Below are positions 54,824 through 64,000 of a stretch of 64,000 nucleotides of DNA, piece by piece. The number at the start of each line of letters is the position of its first letter. Position 1 is the first letter of the stretch. Below the pieces are notes generated by a model. It was given only the letters and a program-made list of their open reading frames with translations. It searched no databases and was not told the origin of the DNA. The DNA is from Azolla caroliniana (Eukaryota > Plantae > Polypodiophyta). The position numbers and the translations under genes were made by a program. The stretch lies in the NCBI GenBank assembly GCA_043228905.1, contig JBHGNT010000003.1:21328001-21392000 (forward strand), read 5' to 3'.

Positions 54824-56194
54824 GTGACCACCCTTGTGGATTGACACGATTCCCATGAAATTACCTAGTTGCTTGCACAATGAAGAACCAAGTGAGTGTC
54901 CTACGTGTCCTCTTGATTCACTATCATGCAATAATCTTTCTGTTAACAAAGCCTAGGCACTGATCTCTCCTCTTTGTAGCACTTGGCCTCAATACTCCAG
55001 TATCACTCATTTTACCATACATACGCTTTGTGCATTGCCAATCACCTTTCTCCATTTGGTTGCCCTAACTAAGATTTAGACCCCGTCCATACCTTACACG
55101 TTGTGACATTTTTTATTTATTACCTTTCTTTGAAGGGTCCAAATGTGTCGTAACTTGAAATTTTAATATGAGACAAGGAGGTGAAAGGTATGGCCAACAA
55201 ACATTATATTGCCGACAACTCCAATAATAATAGCTTGGACACTATGTTTTCACTATTTGAGATTGACTATAATTCTTAAAATGACATTATGTCTTTAGCC
55301 TTGGAATTGTACCAAACTTTATGTAAAACATTTTTATAAATAGAAATTTCATTTTGATTAAGATTGTTAAGTTTACTTTTAGTATATTTTTCAACATCCA
55401 CTTTTCATCAAGGCGAATGCACGGTGGCAAATGCTTACGAGGGAATGCTCACAAGTTGAAGGCTCGTTTGCCGCATTACTTTTCTCCGTCTCCCTCACAC
55501 AACAAAGAGCAAGAGTGGTTAAATAGTCAATTAGTGTTAAACCATAGGATATTAGGGTTAAGGATTCTTTGTAAGCACTATTGAACAAGATTTAGGACTA
55601 CAAATCACTCGTTTAGATAGGTGAATCTTTTACAAAATCGCTTCATAAAAACATTACCACAAATACAATGGTTTTTACAATGCCAATAGGATTAAACAAG
55701 AAATAGGATCAATAGTGATCAACCTTCCGGTGTAGATCCAAGTTTGGTGGTGTCTCTGAGACCTCGACTACTATTGACAACAACTATGGCTCTTGTCGAT
55801 GTAGCGTTCTTGAGCCACTTGATGCCTTTTCTCCGAAACCATTGACAGTACACAATGCTCTCCATAGTGGAGAAGAAGGCTGAAAAATTCTTGAGCTTGA
55901 AGAAGAGGTCCAGATAAGAAGGAATAAGAATGAAAATTATAGCGTAAATGTGAAAATATTACAAAAGAGTCAAACTCACAAAATGCTAAAAGAAGAGCTC
56001 TTTCCTCTCCCCAAAAGTTTAACCCCAAAATGAGCCCTCCTCTCCCCTTTTTATAGTGAGCAAGGTGCCTCGTTTCTCATTAAATGCGTACTATCTCCCC
56101 TTTGCGGCAAAGATTCGAACTCATATTTACACCTTTCTAATTTTCCTTTTTTTGCCCCTTTCCCTATTTCTACCTTAGAGACACCACATCACAA

Positions 56195-56651
56195 CACTGA
56201 GTGTCCTCATTATAGGCAACTTATTAGGGTGATTGATTTGACTCTCGACCCTAGTTTGTGCTCTTGGCCTCACTTCGATTGATTGGCCTTCATGCAGACT
56301 GGACCTTGATGATACATGAGGTCCAGTCAATTGGAATAAGGGCGAAGTCATTGGTGGATCTCTATCCATAATGGTAACTATCCTCTCTTCTTCTTCATTA
56401 TCGAAATATGCATCAAATCCGATTATCTCAAGCATAGCGGGGGTCAAAAGTGTTGGGCCATACCATAATACCGATTCATCAAATACCATATCTCATCTTA
56501 TTCCAACCACGAAGTGGTGGGGTTAAAACACTTACAACCCTTTTTTCTCATGTGAGTAACTGATGAAAATCATCTTCTCAACTTCAGGTATGTGCACATA
56601 TGCAATGCTACCAAAAACCTTAAAGTACAAAAGGTCTGGTTGTTGTCCATA
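56195..56651 (-). mobile_element. Degenerate Ty1/copia integrase C-terminal relic
   Basis: GQQPDLLYFKVFGSIAYVHIP...KMIFISYS.EKKG..CFNP...DMVFDES, matching the copia post-integrase region. Confidence 0.75.
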
Positions 56652-57096
56652 GGCCAGAAATATAAATACAAAATATGTAAACTCGCCAGTAGGTAGAAAA
56701 ATAGGTAAGGAAATAGGTAGAACAAAATTAGTCGAGTTTTGAGCTCCTCACAATTAGCCGACGGCTCGGCTCTGTGTAAAGGAGAAAACTATATAAGCCG
56801 AGATTTGGATACCTCGAGAGGGGGAGATACATTGATTATTTAGCAGGATCAATATCGTAGCATTGAGCTCTGCACAAAACTGTTTCCGGCCAAGAGCCGT
56901 GTACTGTAATCATTGTGAGCTTTCTCATTTAAAATAAATCTTGCTATTACTGTTCCTTCATTTGTGTATTCTCCCCGTACTCGTAAACCGAGCTACGTCT
57001 ACGTCTACCGGGTTGTAGCCAGTGTACGCTCCCCGTTCCCCTAACGTCTTCTCGGTGTAGAAGAAGCCTCCACGTAACACGACCCCTTGATATCGA

Positions 57097-57374
57097 TGTC
57101 GAATACATGTGTATAATGGACGTATTCACACCATCCCGTTTTGGCCATTTATGTAATTAGCATAAAGGGTAGTTGCCCTAAGTCGGTCACTATATATAGT
57201 GACCTTGTAACCTCTTTGTGAGGTTGGTTGTTGTATTGTTGCTTTATGAAATAAGAAATTCTTTTGTGTCTCTCTCTCTCTCTCTGTGCAACGACCTACA
57301 TTCTGTCATACACAGGGAATAAACAGGAATCGAGTGCTTCAAGATCTTCCGCACAGACGACATTGCTTCCAACA
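57097..57374 (+). repeat. 5' LTR of copia element
   Basis: TGTCGAA...TCCAACA, with an internal TATA palindrome and AATAAA. Confidence 0.96.
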
Positions 57375-58039
57375 TCTGGTATCAGAGCCTGCACAGTAGT
57401 CGGTCCTTCAATCCGCTGTCGGCCGTCGTCTCTGCATTCGGTTTCCTGCGTCATTCGAAGAAGAAAGAAGAAGAAGAAAAAAAAAACCAAGTTTGCATCT
57501 CATCGCGTTAGATCATCTTTGTTTGGAGTAAGCCAGCAGGTTGTACTCCGTTCCCAGTGATCGTAACCGCTCGAGGTGAAATCCCCTTGTGCATCATTGA
57601 CACGATCGTGCTCCATTCGGTTAAACGGCATCCGAAAAGGTCGTTAAACGCTGCTCGCTGCTCGTTGTAATCACTCGGTACAGATCGGTCTTAAGCAAAC
57701 AACCCCAAATTCGTGCTTCATCTGGCTGATCGACATTCGAGAGGATCAGTTGGATCCATCTCTCTCGTCGCTGCAGTCAACCGAAGCAAAATCGGTTTTA
57801 ATAATCGGTATTCGGCATATATATCCGAAGCGAACCGGGCTCACTCCGACTCGGCAACACTCGGGAAGACCAGTCGGCTCTGTCCCTCAAGCTACCGGAG
57901 TCAATTCGAGCAAGTTCCGAAGCCGAACCGACTCGGGTTCAAATTCGACTAGAACGATATCGGGTGAGCCTACCGGCTGCACTCCAACAAGGTTCGTAGT
58001 CAACTCCGAACCGAGCTTCGTCAACCGAAACCGAATTTG

Positions 58040-61000
58040 ATGGCATCAACATCCGGCTCGTCAGAAATGAGTCTACGCAAGTTCGATGGATCGAACTTCA
58101 ACTTCTGGAAGGAACAAATGCAGGACTATCTCATAGTCAAGGGGCAAATCGATCCCATCGAAAATGAAGAACCTCCAGAAGGATACAAACCAATTGAGTG
58201 GCAGAAGCTGGACAGAATCGTCCGCGCCACGATTCGGATGCACCTATCGGAATCGGTATACTTCACGGTGCAATCGTGTACGACAGCATTCGAACTGTGG
58301 AAAACACTGTCGGACACTTACGAAAAGAAGGTCGCCGCAACGAAGATGTTTCTGATCCGGCGCCTCTACAACTTGCGGATGAAAGAATCCGACTCGGTCC
58401 AAGCACACCTCAATGAGTACGAAAGCATAAGCTCCCAAATCTCGTCACAGGGGACGGCAATCGAGGATGAACTCAGAGCAATGATACTCATGAGCAGCCT
58501 TCCCCCATCATGGGAAACTTTCGTCACAACCGTGTGCAACGCGTCAACCACGGCTGTTAAATACTCCGAAGTCACGAGCGCAATCCTGACCGAAGCAGCT
58601 CGGAGAAAGTCTTTCGCCAAAGACTCAACAGACGACGCCTACGTAGTACAAGGTTCGACAGACCGTTCGAACATACGAGGAAGAGATTCCTCACGACCGC
58701 CGAACAATCAGCGAAGACGGAGCCAGTCACGGGATAACCGAATCTGCAACTATTGCAAGAAACCCGGACACATCAAAGCCGACTGCCGCACACTCAAGAA
58801 CAAGAACAACAAGAAGAGTGGCCGGCATGAGGAGATCAATTACGTCAGCTTCTCAGCTGATGTACTACCGGACGACCCGAATATACTATCAATAGAAAAT
58901 CCAGTCGGATCAGAAGTTCTACTCACGACTGAAGAATCGAGCACATGGCTCTTGGATTCGGGCGCGTCATTTCACGTGACTCCTCATCGATCCCAATTTC
59001 GGCAATATACGATCCGTCACTCCGACTCAGTTCGAGTCGGCAACTCACAACACTGTGACATCGTCGGAATCGGCACAGTAGAGCTCAACCTTGCAGGGGG
59101 CTCTACACTTGTACTCCACAATGTCCGACATGTACCCGAGCTCACAAGGCCATTGATCTCAGTCGGACAACTAGATGAAGACGGCATTCGTGCCGGTTTT
59201 TCTTCGGGAGGGTGGACACTCCACAGGGGGAACCTCTTGCTTGCTAGAGGACCCAAGATACACTCACTGTATCCGTTACATGTTACGCTCAGAGAGGGTA
59301 ACCTGTTTTTGGTGGATATTCCTGTGTCATCATTATGGCACCGAAGATTAGGACACCTCAGCAAGGCCGGCATCACGCACCTATCTAGCGCCGGATACAT
59401 CCCCAAACTCTCCTTCTCGGACCATCAATTCTGCGAGCATTGCCAGTATGGCAAACAAGTAGCCGCATCACACCCGACATCAGCACCAAAAGAGACGAGA
59501 CCTCTCGATTTAGTCCATTCGGACGTCTGTGGCCCAATGCCGAATCAGTCTCTAGGCGGTGCCTCTTACTTCGTCAGTTTTATTGACGATTCGACTCGAA
59601 AGGTGTGGGCTTATCCAATTCGCACAAAAGATCGTGTCTTCTCGATCTTCACCGATTGGCTCGCTATGGTAGAAAATCAAACCGACCGAAAGCTGAAATG
59701 CCTTCGGACCGATAATGGGGGAGAGTTCAAATCCGACGAATTCGTCAAATTCTGCCGACAACGCGGCATCCGACGTGAATTTACGGCACCACACAGTCCG
59801 GAGCAAAACGGGATTGCAGAACGAATGAATCGGACAATCCAAGAACGGATAGTTTCCATGCTCCAACACTCCCGACTGTCGGATGGCTTCTGGGCAGAGG
59901 CTCTACTCACGGCAGCACACATAATCAATATGTCGCCAAGTAGACCTCTAGGACTTCAAATTCCTCAGGAATTATGGATCGGCAGCAAGCCGAATTACGA
60001 CAAGCTGAGGATCTTCGGATGCGAGGCGTACGCCCTTATTCCGAAAGATGATCGCCGAAAACTTGCACCTCGGTCCAGGAAATGCATTTTCCTTGGATAT
60101 GGATCAGACGGCGAAATGGGATACCGACTCTGGGACCCCGAACGCAGACAAATCGTTCGAAGTTCGGACGTTGTGTTCAACGAGTCAGCTATGAATCCAT
60201 CGGTCGACAAACCGATCGAAGTCCGAAGGGTAACATTCTCCGATGTACCGACCCTTCAAGAAGGCCCCGCTCTCAACACACGGTCAGCTTCACGGGTAGC
60301 TGAACCTTATACTACCGACTCGGACAACTCTGACTCGGCACAGCCGAATGTTTCGGTTTCGGACCATCCGACCTCGATACCCGATGCGACCAGTCCAATC
60401 ATACCTCGACGATCCGAGAGACTGTCGCAACCTCCGGAGAGGTATTCCCCTGGAATTTTCTTCACCGACGCCGGCGAACCGACGTCTTACGAAGAAGCAT
60501 CGACATCTGTCGATTCGGCCACCTGGCATCTGGCGATGGAGTCGGAAATGCACTCCATCCGGGCAAACAAGACTTGGGATCTGGTCGAATTACCTAGGAA
60601 CCGACGTGCTCTTCCTTGCAAGTGGGTTTATCGACTAAAAGAAACGTCTGATTCGACCACCCCAAAGTACAAGGCCAGATTAGTTGCGAAGGGCTTCCGA
60701 CAAGAATATGGCGTCGACTTCGACGAGATTTTTTCACCAGTGGTGAAAATGACAACCCTTCGTCTTCTGCTCGGCGTCGTGGCAGCCGACAACTTGGAGC
60801 TGATTCAGCTAGATGTCAAAACAGCCTTCCTCCATGGTGATCTCGAGGAGGAAATCTATATGGAGCAGCCAAAAGGCTTCATGGCAACTGGCCAAGAACA
60901 TCTAGTCTGCCGACTCAGGAAGAGTCTATACGGCCTCAAACAGGCACCGCGACAATGGTACAAGAAGTTCGACGACTTCATCCAATCAATCGGCTTCTCC

Positions 61001-62053
61001 AAAAGCGATGAGGACCATTGTCTCTTCACCAACACAGCTCGAGATGGATCACCCATCTTCCTCATCATTTACGTGGACGACATGCTAATTTCTGGACGCC
61101 ACGCGGGCGAACTTGCCGATCTCGTTCGGCAACTGCGGTTGAAGTTTGCCATGAAGGACCTCGGTCCGGCACGACACATCCTTGGCATGAAGATTAGTCG
61201 GCATCGCGATAAACGACATCTTTTTTTGTCTCAGACCGACTATATCGGACGTGTCTTGGAACGCTTCAACATGCAATCAGCCAAATCTGCTTCAACCCCA
61301 CTCCCTATGAATCTTCGGCTCTCTCAGCGAGACTGCCCGACATCCGGTTCGGAGGGGGAAGATATGAAGTCGATACCGTATGCACCGGCAGTCGGCTCCC
61401 TTATGTACCTGATGGTCGCGACACGGCCTGACATCTCTCATGCCGTAGGAGTCGTTAGCAGATTTATGCACAATCCTGGCCGATCGCATTGGAACGCAGT
61501 CAAGCATGTGTTCAGATATCTGGCTGGCACAAAAGACCATGGCATTCTTTTCGGACCGAACCGAACCTCAGGCGTAGTCGGTTACACCGACTCGGACTTC
61601 GCCGGCTGTATAGACAGTCGGAAATCAACAACCGGATACTGCTTCAAATTCGGCAATGGAGCAATCTCGTGGAAGTCGAAACTTCAGGAGTGCACAGCGA
61701 CCTCAACGACCGAAGCAGAATATGTAGCTGCGTCCGACGCAGCAAAAGAAGCTTTGTGGCTCGGTCGGCTGGCGCACACGTTTCGACAAGTCGAACATGA
61801 CTCGGCTCCAGTTGTCTACAGCGACAGTCAAGGTGCTGTTGCCTTGTCGAAAAATCCGGTTCACCACAACGCCTCCAAACATATCGACGTTCGATATCAC
61901 TTCGTTCGGGACTGCGTCATTTCAGGGAAAATCGGTCTAGAGAAAATATCCACAACCGATAATGTCGCAGATGGAATGACCAAATGTCTCCCGGCAGACC
62001 GTTTTCGGTCTCTTCGGCATCAGATGGGCGTAACGACAAACCAGTCCGGTTAG
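58040..62053 (+). CDS. Copia Gag-Pol polyprotein (gag, zinc knuckle, protease, integrase, RT, RNase H)
   Basis: CNYCKKPGHIKADC knuckle; WLLDSGAS protease; WHRRLGH...CEHC; LVHSDVCGP...RTDNGGEF...QNGIAER integrase; YKARLVAKG, QLDVKTAFL, LYGLKQAPRQW, YVDD RT; KHIDVRYHFVR...ADGMTK RNase H. ATG at 58040 (the track starts at TTG). Confidence 0.97.
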   Translation: MASTSGSSEMSLRKFDGSNFNFWKEQMQDYLIVKGQIDPIENEEPPEGYKPIEWQKLDRIVRATIRMHLSESVYFTVQSCTTAFELWKTLSDTYEKKVAATKMFLIRRLYNLRMKESDSVQAHLNEYESISSQISSQGTAIEDELRAMILMSSLPPSWETFVTTVCNASTTAVKYSEVTSAILTEAARRKSFAKDSTDDAYVVQGSTDRSNIRGRDSSRPPNNQRRRSQSRDNRICNYCKKPGHIKADCRTLKNKNNKKSGRHEEINYVSFSADVLPDDPNILSIENPVGSEVLLTTEESSTWLLDSGASFHVTPHRSQFRQYTIRHSDSVRVGNSQHCDIVGIGTVELNLAGGSTLVLHNVRHVPELTRPLISVGQLDEDGIRAGFSSGGWTLHRGNLLLARGPKIHSLYPLHVTLREGNLFLVDIPVSSLWHRRLGHLSKAGITHLSSAGYIPKLSFSDHQFCEHCQYGKQVAASHPTSAPKETRPLDLVHSDVCGPMPNQSLGGASYFVSFIDDSTRKVWAYPIRTKDRVFSIFTDWLAMVENQTDRKLKCLRTDNGGEFKSDEFVKFCRQRGIRREFTAPHSPEQNGIAERMNRTIQERIVSMLQHSRLSDGFWAEALLTAAHIINMSPSRPLGLQIPQELWIGSKPNYDKLRIFGCEAYALIPKDDRRKLAPRSRKCIFLGYGSDGEMGYRLWDPERRQIVRSSDVVFNESAMNPSVDKPIEVRRVTFSDVPTLQEGPALNTRSASRVAEPYTTDSDNSDSAQPNVSVSDHPTSIPDATSPIIPRRSERLSQPPERYSPGIFFTDAGEPTSYEEASTSVDSATWHLAMESEMHSIRANKTWDLVELPRNRRALPCKWVYRLKETSDSTTPKYKARLVAKGFRQEYGVDFDEIFSPVVKMTTLRLLLGVVAADNLELIQLDVKTAFLHGDLEEEIYMEQPKGFMATGQEHLVCRLRKSLYGLKQAPRQWYKKFDDFIQSIGFSKSDEDHCLFTNTARDGSPIFLIIYVDDMLISGRHAGELADLVRQLRLKFAMKDLGPARHILGMKISRHRDKRHLFLSQTDYIGRVLERFNMQSAKSASTPLPMNLRLSQRDCPTSGSEGEDMKSIPYAPAVGSLMYLMVATRPDISHAVGVVSRFMHNPGRSHWNAVKHVFRYLAGTKDHGILFGPNRTSGVVGYTDSDFAGCIDSRKSTTGYCFKFGNGAISWKSKLQECTATSTTEAEYVAASDAAKEALWLGRLAHTFRQVEHDSAPVVYSDSQGAVALSKNPVHHNASKHIDVRYHFVRDCVISGKIGLEKISTTDNVADGMTKCLPADRFRSLRHQMGVTTNQSG

Positions 62054-62246
62054 AGCCGGACACAGAGCAGGATGGTTCCCGACAACCGACATCAGCTCCT
62101 TAATGATCGGCTTCAACTGTTCCGACCCGACCAGTTCGGTCTTCTGTCTTCGGATCCTGCCGACTCGAACAAAGCTGATATGTCCGAGAACCTAAGTCTA
62201 TACCTGTAACCTTAGATAACCCATGTATACGCCCATTACGGGGGAG

Positions 62247-62524
62247 TGTCGAATACATGTGTATAATGGACGTATTCACACCATCCCGTTTTGGCCATTT
62301 ATGTAATTAGCATAAAGGGTAGTTGCCCTAAGTCGGTCACTATATATAGTGACCTTGTAACCTCTTTGTGAGGTTGGTTGTTGTATTGTTGCTTTATGAA
62401 ATAAGAAATTCTTTTGTGTCTCTCTCTCTCTCTCTGTGCAACGACCTACATTCTGTCATACACAGGGAATAAACAGGAATCGAGTGCTTCAAGATCTTCC
62501 GCACAGACGACATTGCTTCCAACA
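62247..62524 (+). repeat. 3' LTR of copia element
   Basis: Same 278-bp sequence as the 5' LTR, preceded by the PPT. Confidence 0.96.
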
Positions 62525-62944
62525 GTCTTCTCGGTGTAGAAGAAGCCTCCACGTAACACGACCCCTTGATATCGATAGCCTGTGGGCTCATTGAAGGTGT
62601 TTCCTCTAGAAATGGTTAACACAATTTGGCACGCCCGGTTACAACTATAAGGTCCCAACGAACTACGTAGGAGGCAAACCTCAGCCGCCATTACGACGCC
62701 CAATCGCATCAAGCGGTCTCAGCCACCTGCCCGACGCCCTGAGCCAGTCGAAGGAACTTCCGACTCGGCGGTCACTGACCAATCTTTCCAAGAACTATCA
62801 GAGGCCCACCGGTTGCAATCCTCGCCACCCGATACCCAATCGCAAGTTGATTCCGCACCGATCTCCCCGCCAAGCCCTCTAGGGGTCACCCAACCTGACC
62901 CTAACCCTTTTCCGGCTTTACCTGAAGACCCGGATCTTGATACC

Positions 62945-63669
62945 ATGCCTTACCCTTACCCACGATATACAGACGGCCTAGACACGGAATTGCACACCCG
63001 TGCTTTCGTGTCCACATGGCAGGCCAACCACTCGACGCATCGGTTATCGGCTACCGAAATCGAGTCCTCCAAAATCGTGGAATTTGCTCTATCCCTCGAT
63101 GGCCCGACTACTCGATGGTATTCCCACCTCGACGTGGGGGGAGTCACAACGTCCTGGACGTCCGAACAAAGTTTCTAGAATTATTTCACCGCGATGTTCC
63201 GAAGCGCGAACTGCTCCGTCAGTTCTTTTCCATGAGCCAAGAACCTCACGAGACGGTCACCGAGTTCACGATCCGGTTTCAGGATCTCTACTGACAACTA
63301 GCCGACGATGTCTCCGCACATCACATTCTGGATACCTTCCTTTCCAGACTATGGGAGCCTCTACAGACGACTCTCGCACTTACCAATTTCTCTAACCAGA
63401 AAATTGAGCAAGTCATCTCACGCATCCTCGCCATCGATCAGACACAACATAGCACAACTTTCTCCATGGGCTCTTTGCAAAGAACCCTTCCTCAAGAGGA
63501 CAATTGTTTCCGACAAGCCCTCCAATGCACAACCTGCTCGGGCTCGGGCCATTTGGCTCTCGAGTGCCCTCACCGGCCACACTGTCCAATCTGTCAGTTC
63601 CGATTTCACATGATCGAACAATGTGAATACAACATGCTCAATCACACAACGACGGCTCCGGTTCGCTAG
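62945..63669 (+). pseudogene. Gypsy gag pseudo-ORF (capsid-like region plus Cys/His knuckles)
   Basis: EFALSLDGPTTRWY / KFLELF...QEPHETVTEFTIRF / CTTCSGSGHLALEC...CPIC...H...C. Frameshift near 63150 and in-frame TGA at 63292-63294. Confidence 0.8.
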
Positions 63670-64000
63670 ATCGAGCCTCAAAATACATACTCACGGCAGG
63701 ATGAACATCAGTCCTACCGACATCGGGATATCGAGCGACCACAATCCTCGGATTGTCAGCACTGCGACGACGACCGCTACCACCACGACAACCGCAGGAG
63801 ATCGGACGACCGCCGTGACCAATACCGCGATGACCAATATAGAGCAAATGACGAGTATGACCGGTACAACGACGACTGGGATGACCGGTACGATCGATGG
63901 TATTCACGAAACGATAGAAGAAACTCTTACAGAGGTTCGCGGAACAATCGATGGCATAATGACAATCGTTGTCAGGACCCTCCTCCAAACGTACCTCACA

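Larger units (their letters stand above)
57097..62524 (+). mobile_element. Complete, young Ty1/copia LTR retrotransposon (5428 bp, Tnt1/Tork-like)
   Basis: 278-bp LTRs 57097-57374 and 62247-62524 (TG...CA, no differences seen by eye). PBS TGGTATCAGAGCC (tRNA-iMet) at 57377-57389. PPT ACGGGGGAG just before the 3' LTR. Single intact polyprotein. Confidence 0.97.
56676..64000 (+). mobile_element. Ty3/gypsy LTR retrotransposon (5' LTR interrupted by copia; runs off the window)
   Basis: LTR ~56676 (TGTAAA, start uncertain) to 62623 (...ACACA). PBS-like TGGCACGCCCGGT at 62627-62639, consistent with plant tRNA-Arg priming. Followed by a gag pseudo-ORF. Confidence 0.7.

Noticed and set aside
58126-61900. 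Multiple overlapping or antisense ORFs inside the copia polyprotein
   Set aside because: Expected in GC-richer coding DNA, with no recognisable motifs.

Overview
Eukaryotic land-plant nuclear DNA: AT-rich, spliceosomal GT-AG introns, many microsatellites and decayed retroelements. The overall style suggests a non-seed plant such as a fern, which is inference only. Four host genes were reconstructed with frame-consistent splice sites: plastid NDH subunit NdhL (+, 5 exons), a DHHC protein S-acyltransferase (-, 9 exons), the NHEJ factor XRCC4 (-, 5 coding exons) and an intronless GT34 xyloglucan xylosyltransferase-like gene (+). There is also an uninterrupted 3-exon hAT transposase (-), several hAT-type MITEs (one with a perfect 8-bp TSD), a LINE 3' fragment and many copia/gypsy relics. 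At the right end a complete, very young Ty1/copia element with apparently identical 278-bp LTRs sits inside the LTR of a Ty3/gypsy element. The most unusual observations are: (1) this copia is flanked by a 51-bp direct duplication instead of a 5-bp TSD; (2) the XRCC4 stop-codon/3'UTR region occurs as three exact 189-bp copies; (3) the XXT-like protein keeps DxD but has lost other conserved active-site motifs; (4) the hAT transposase may be domesticated. I found no clearly new multi-gene system.
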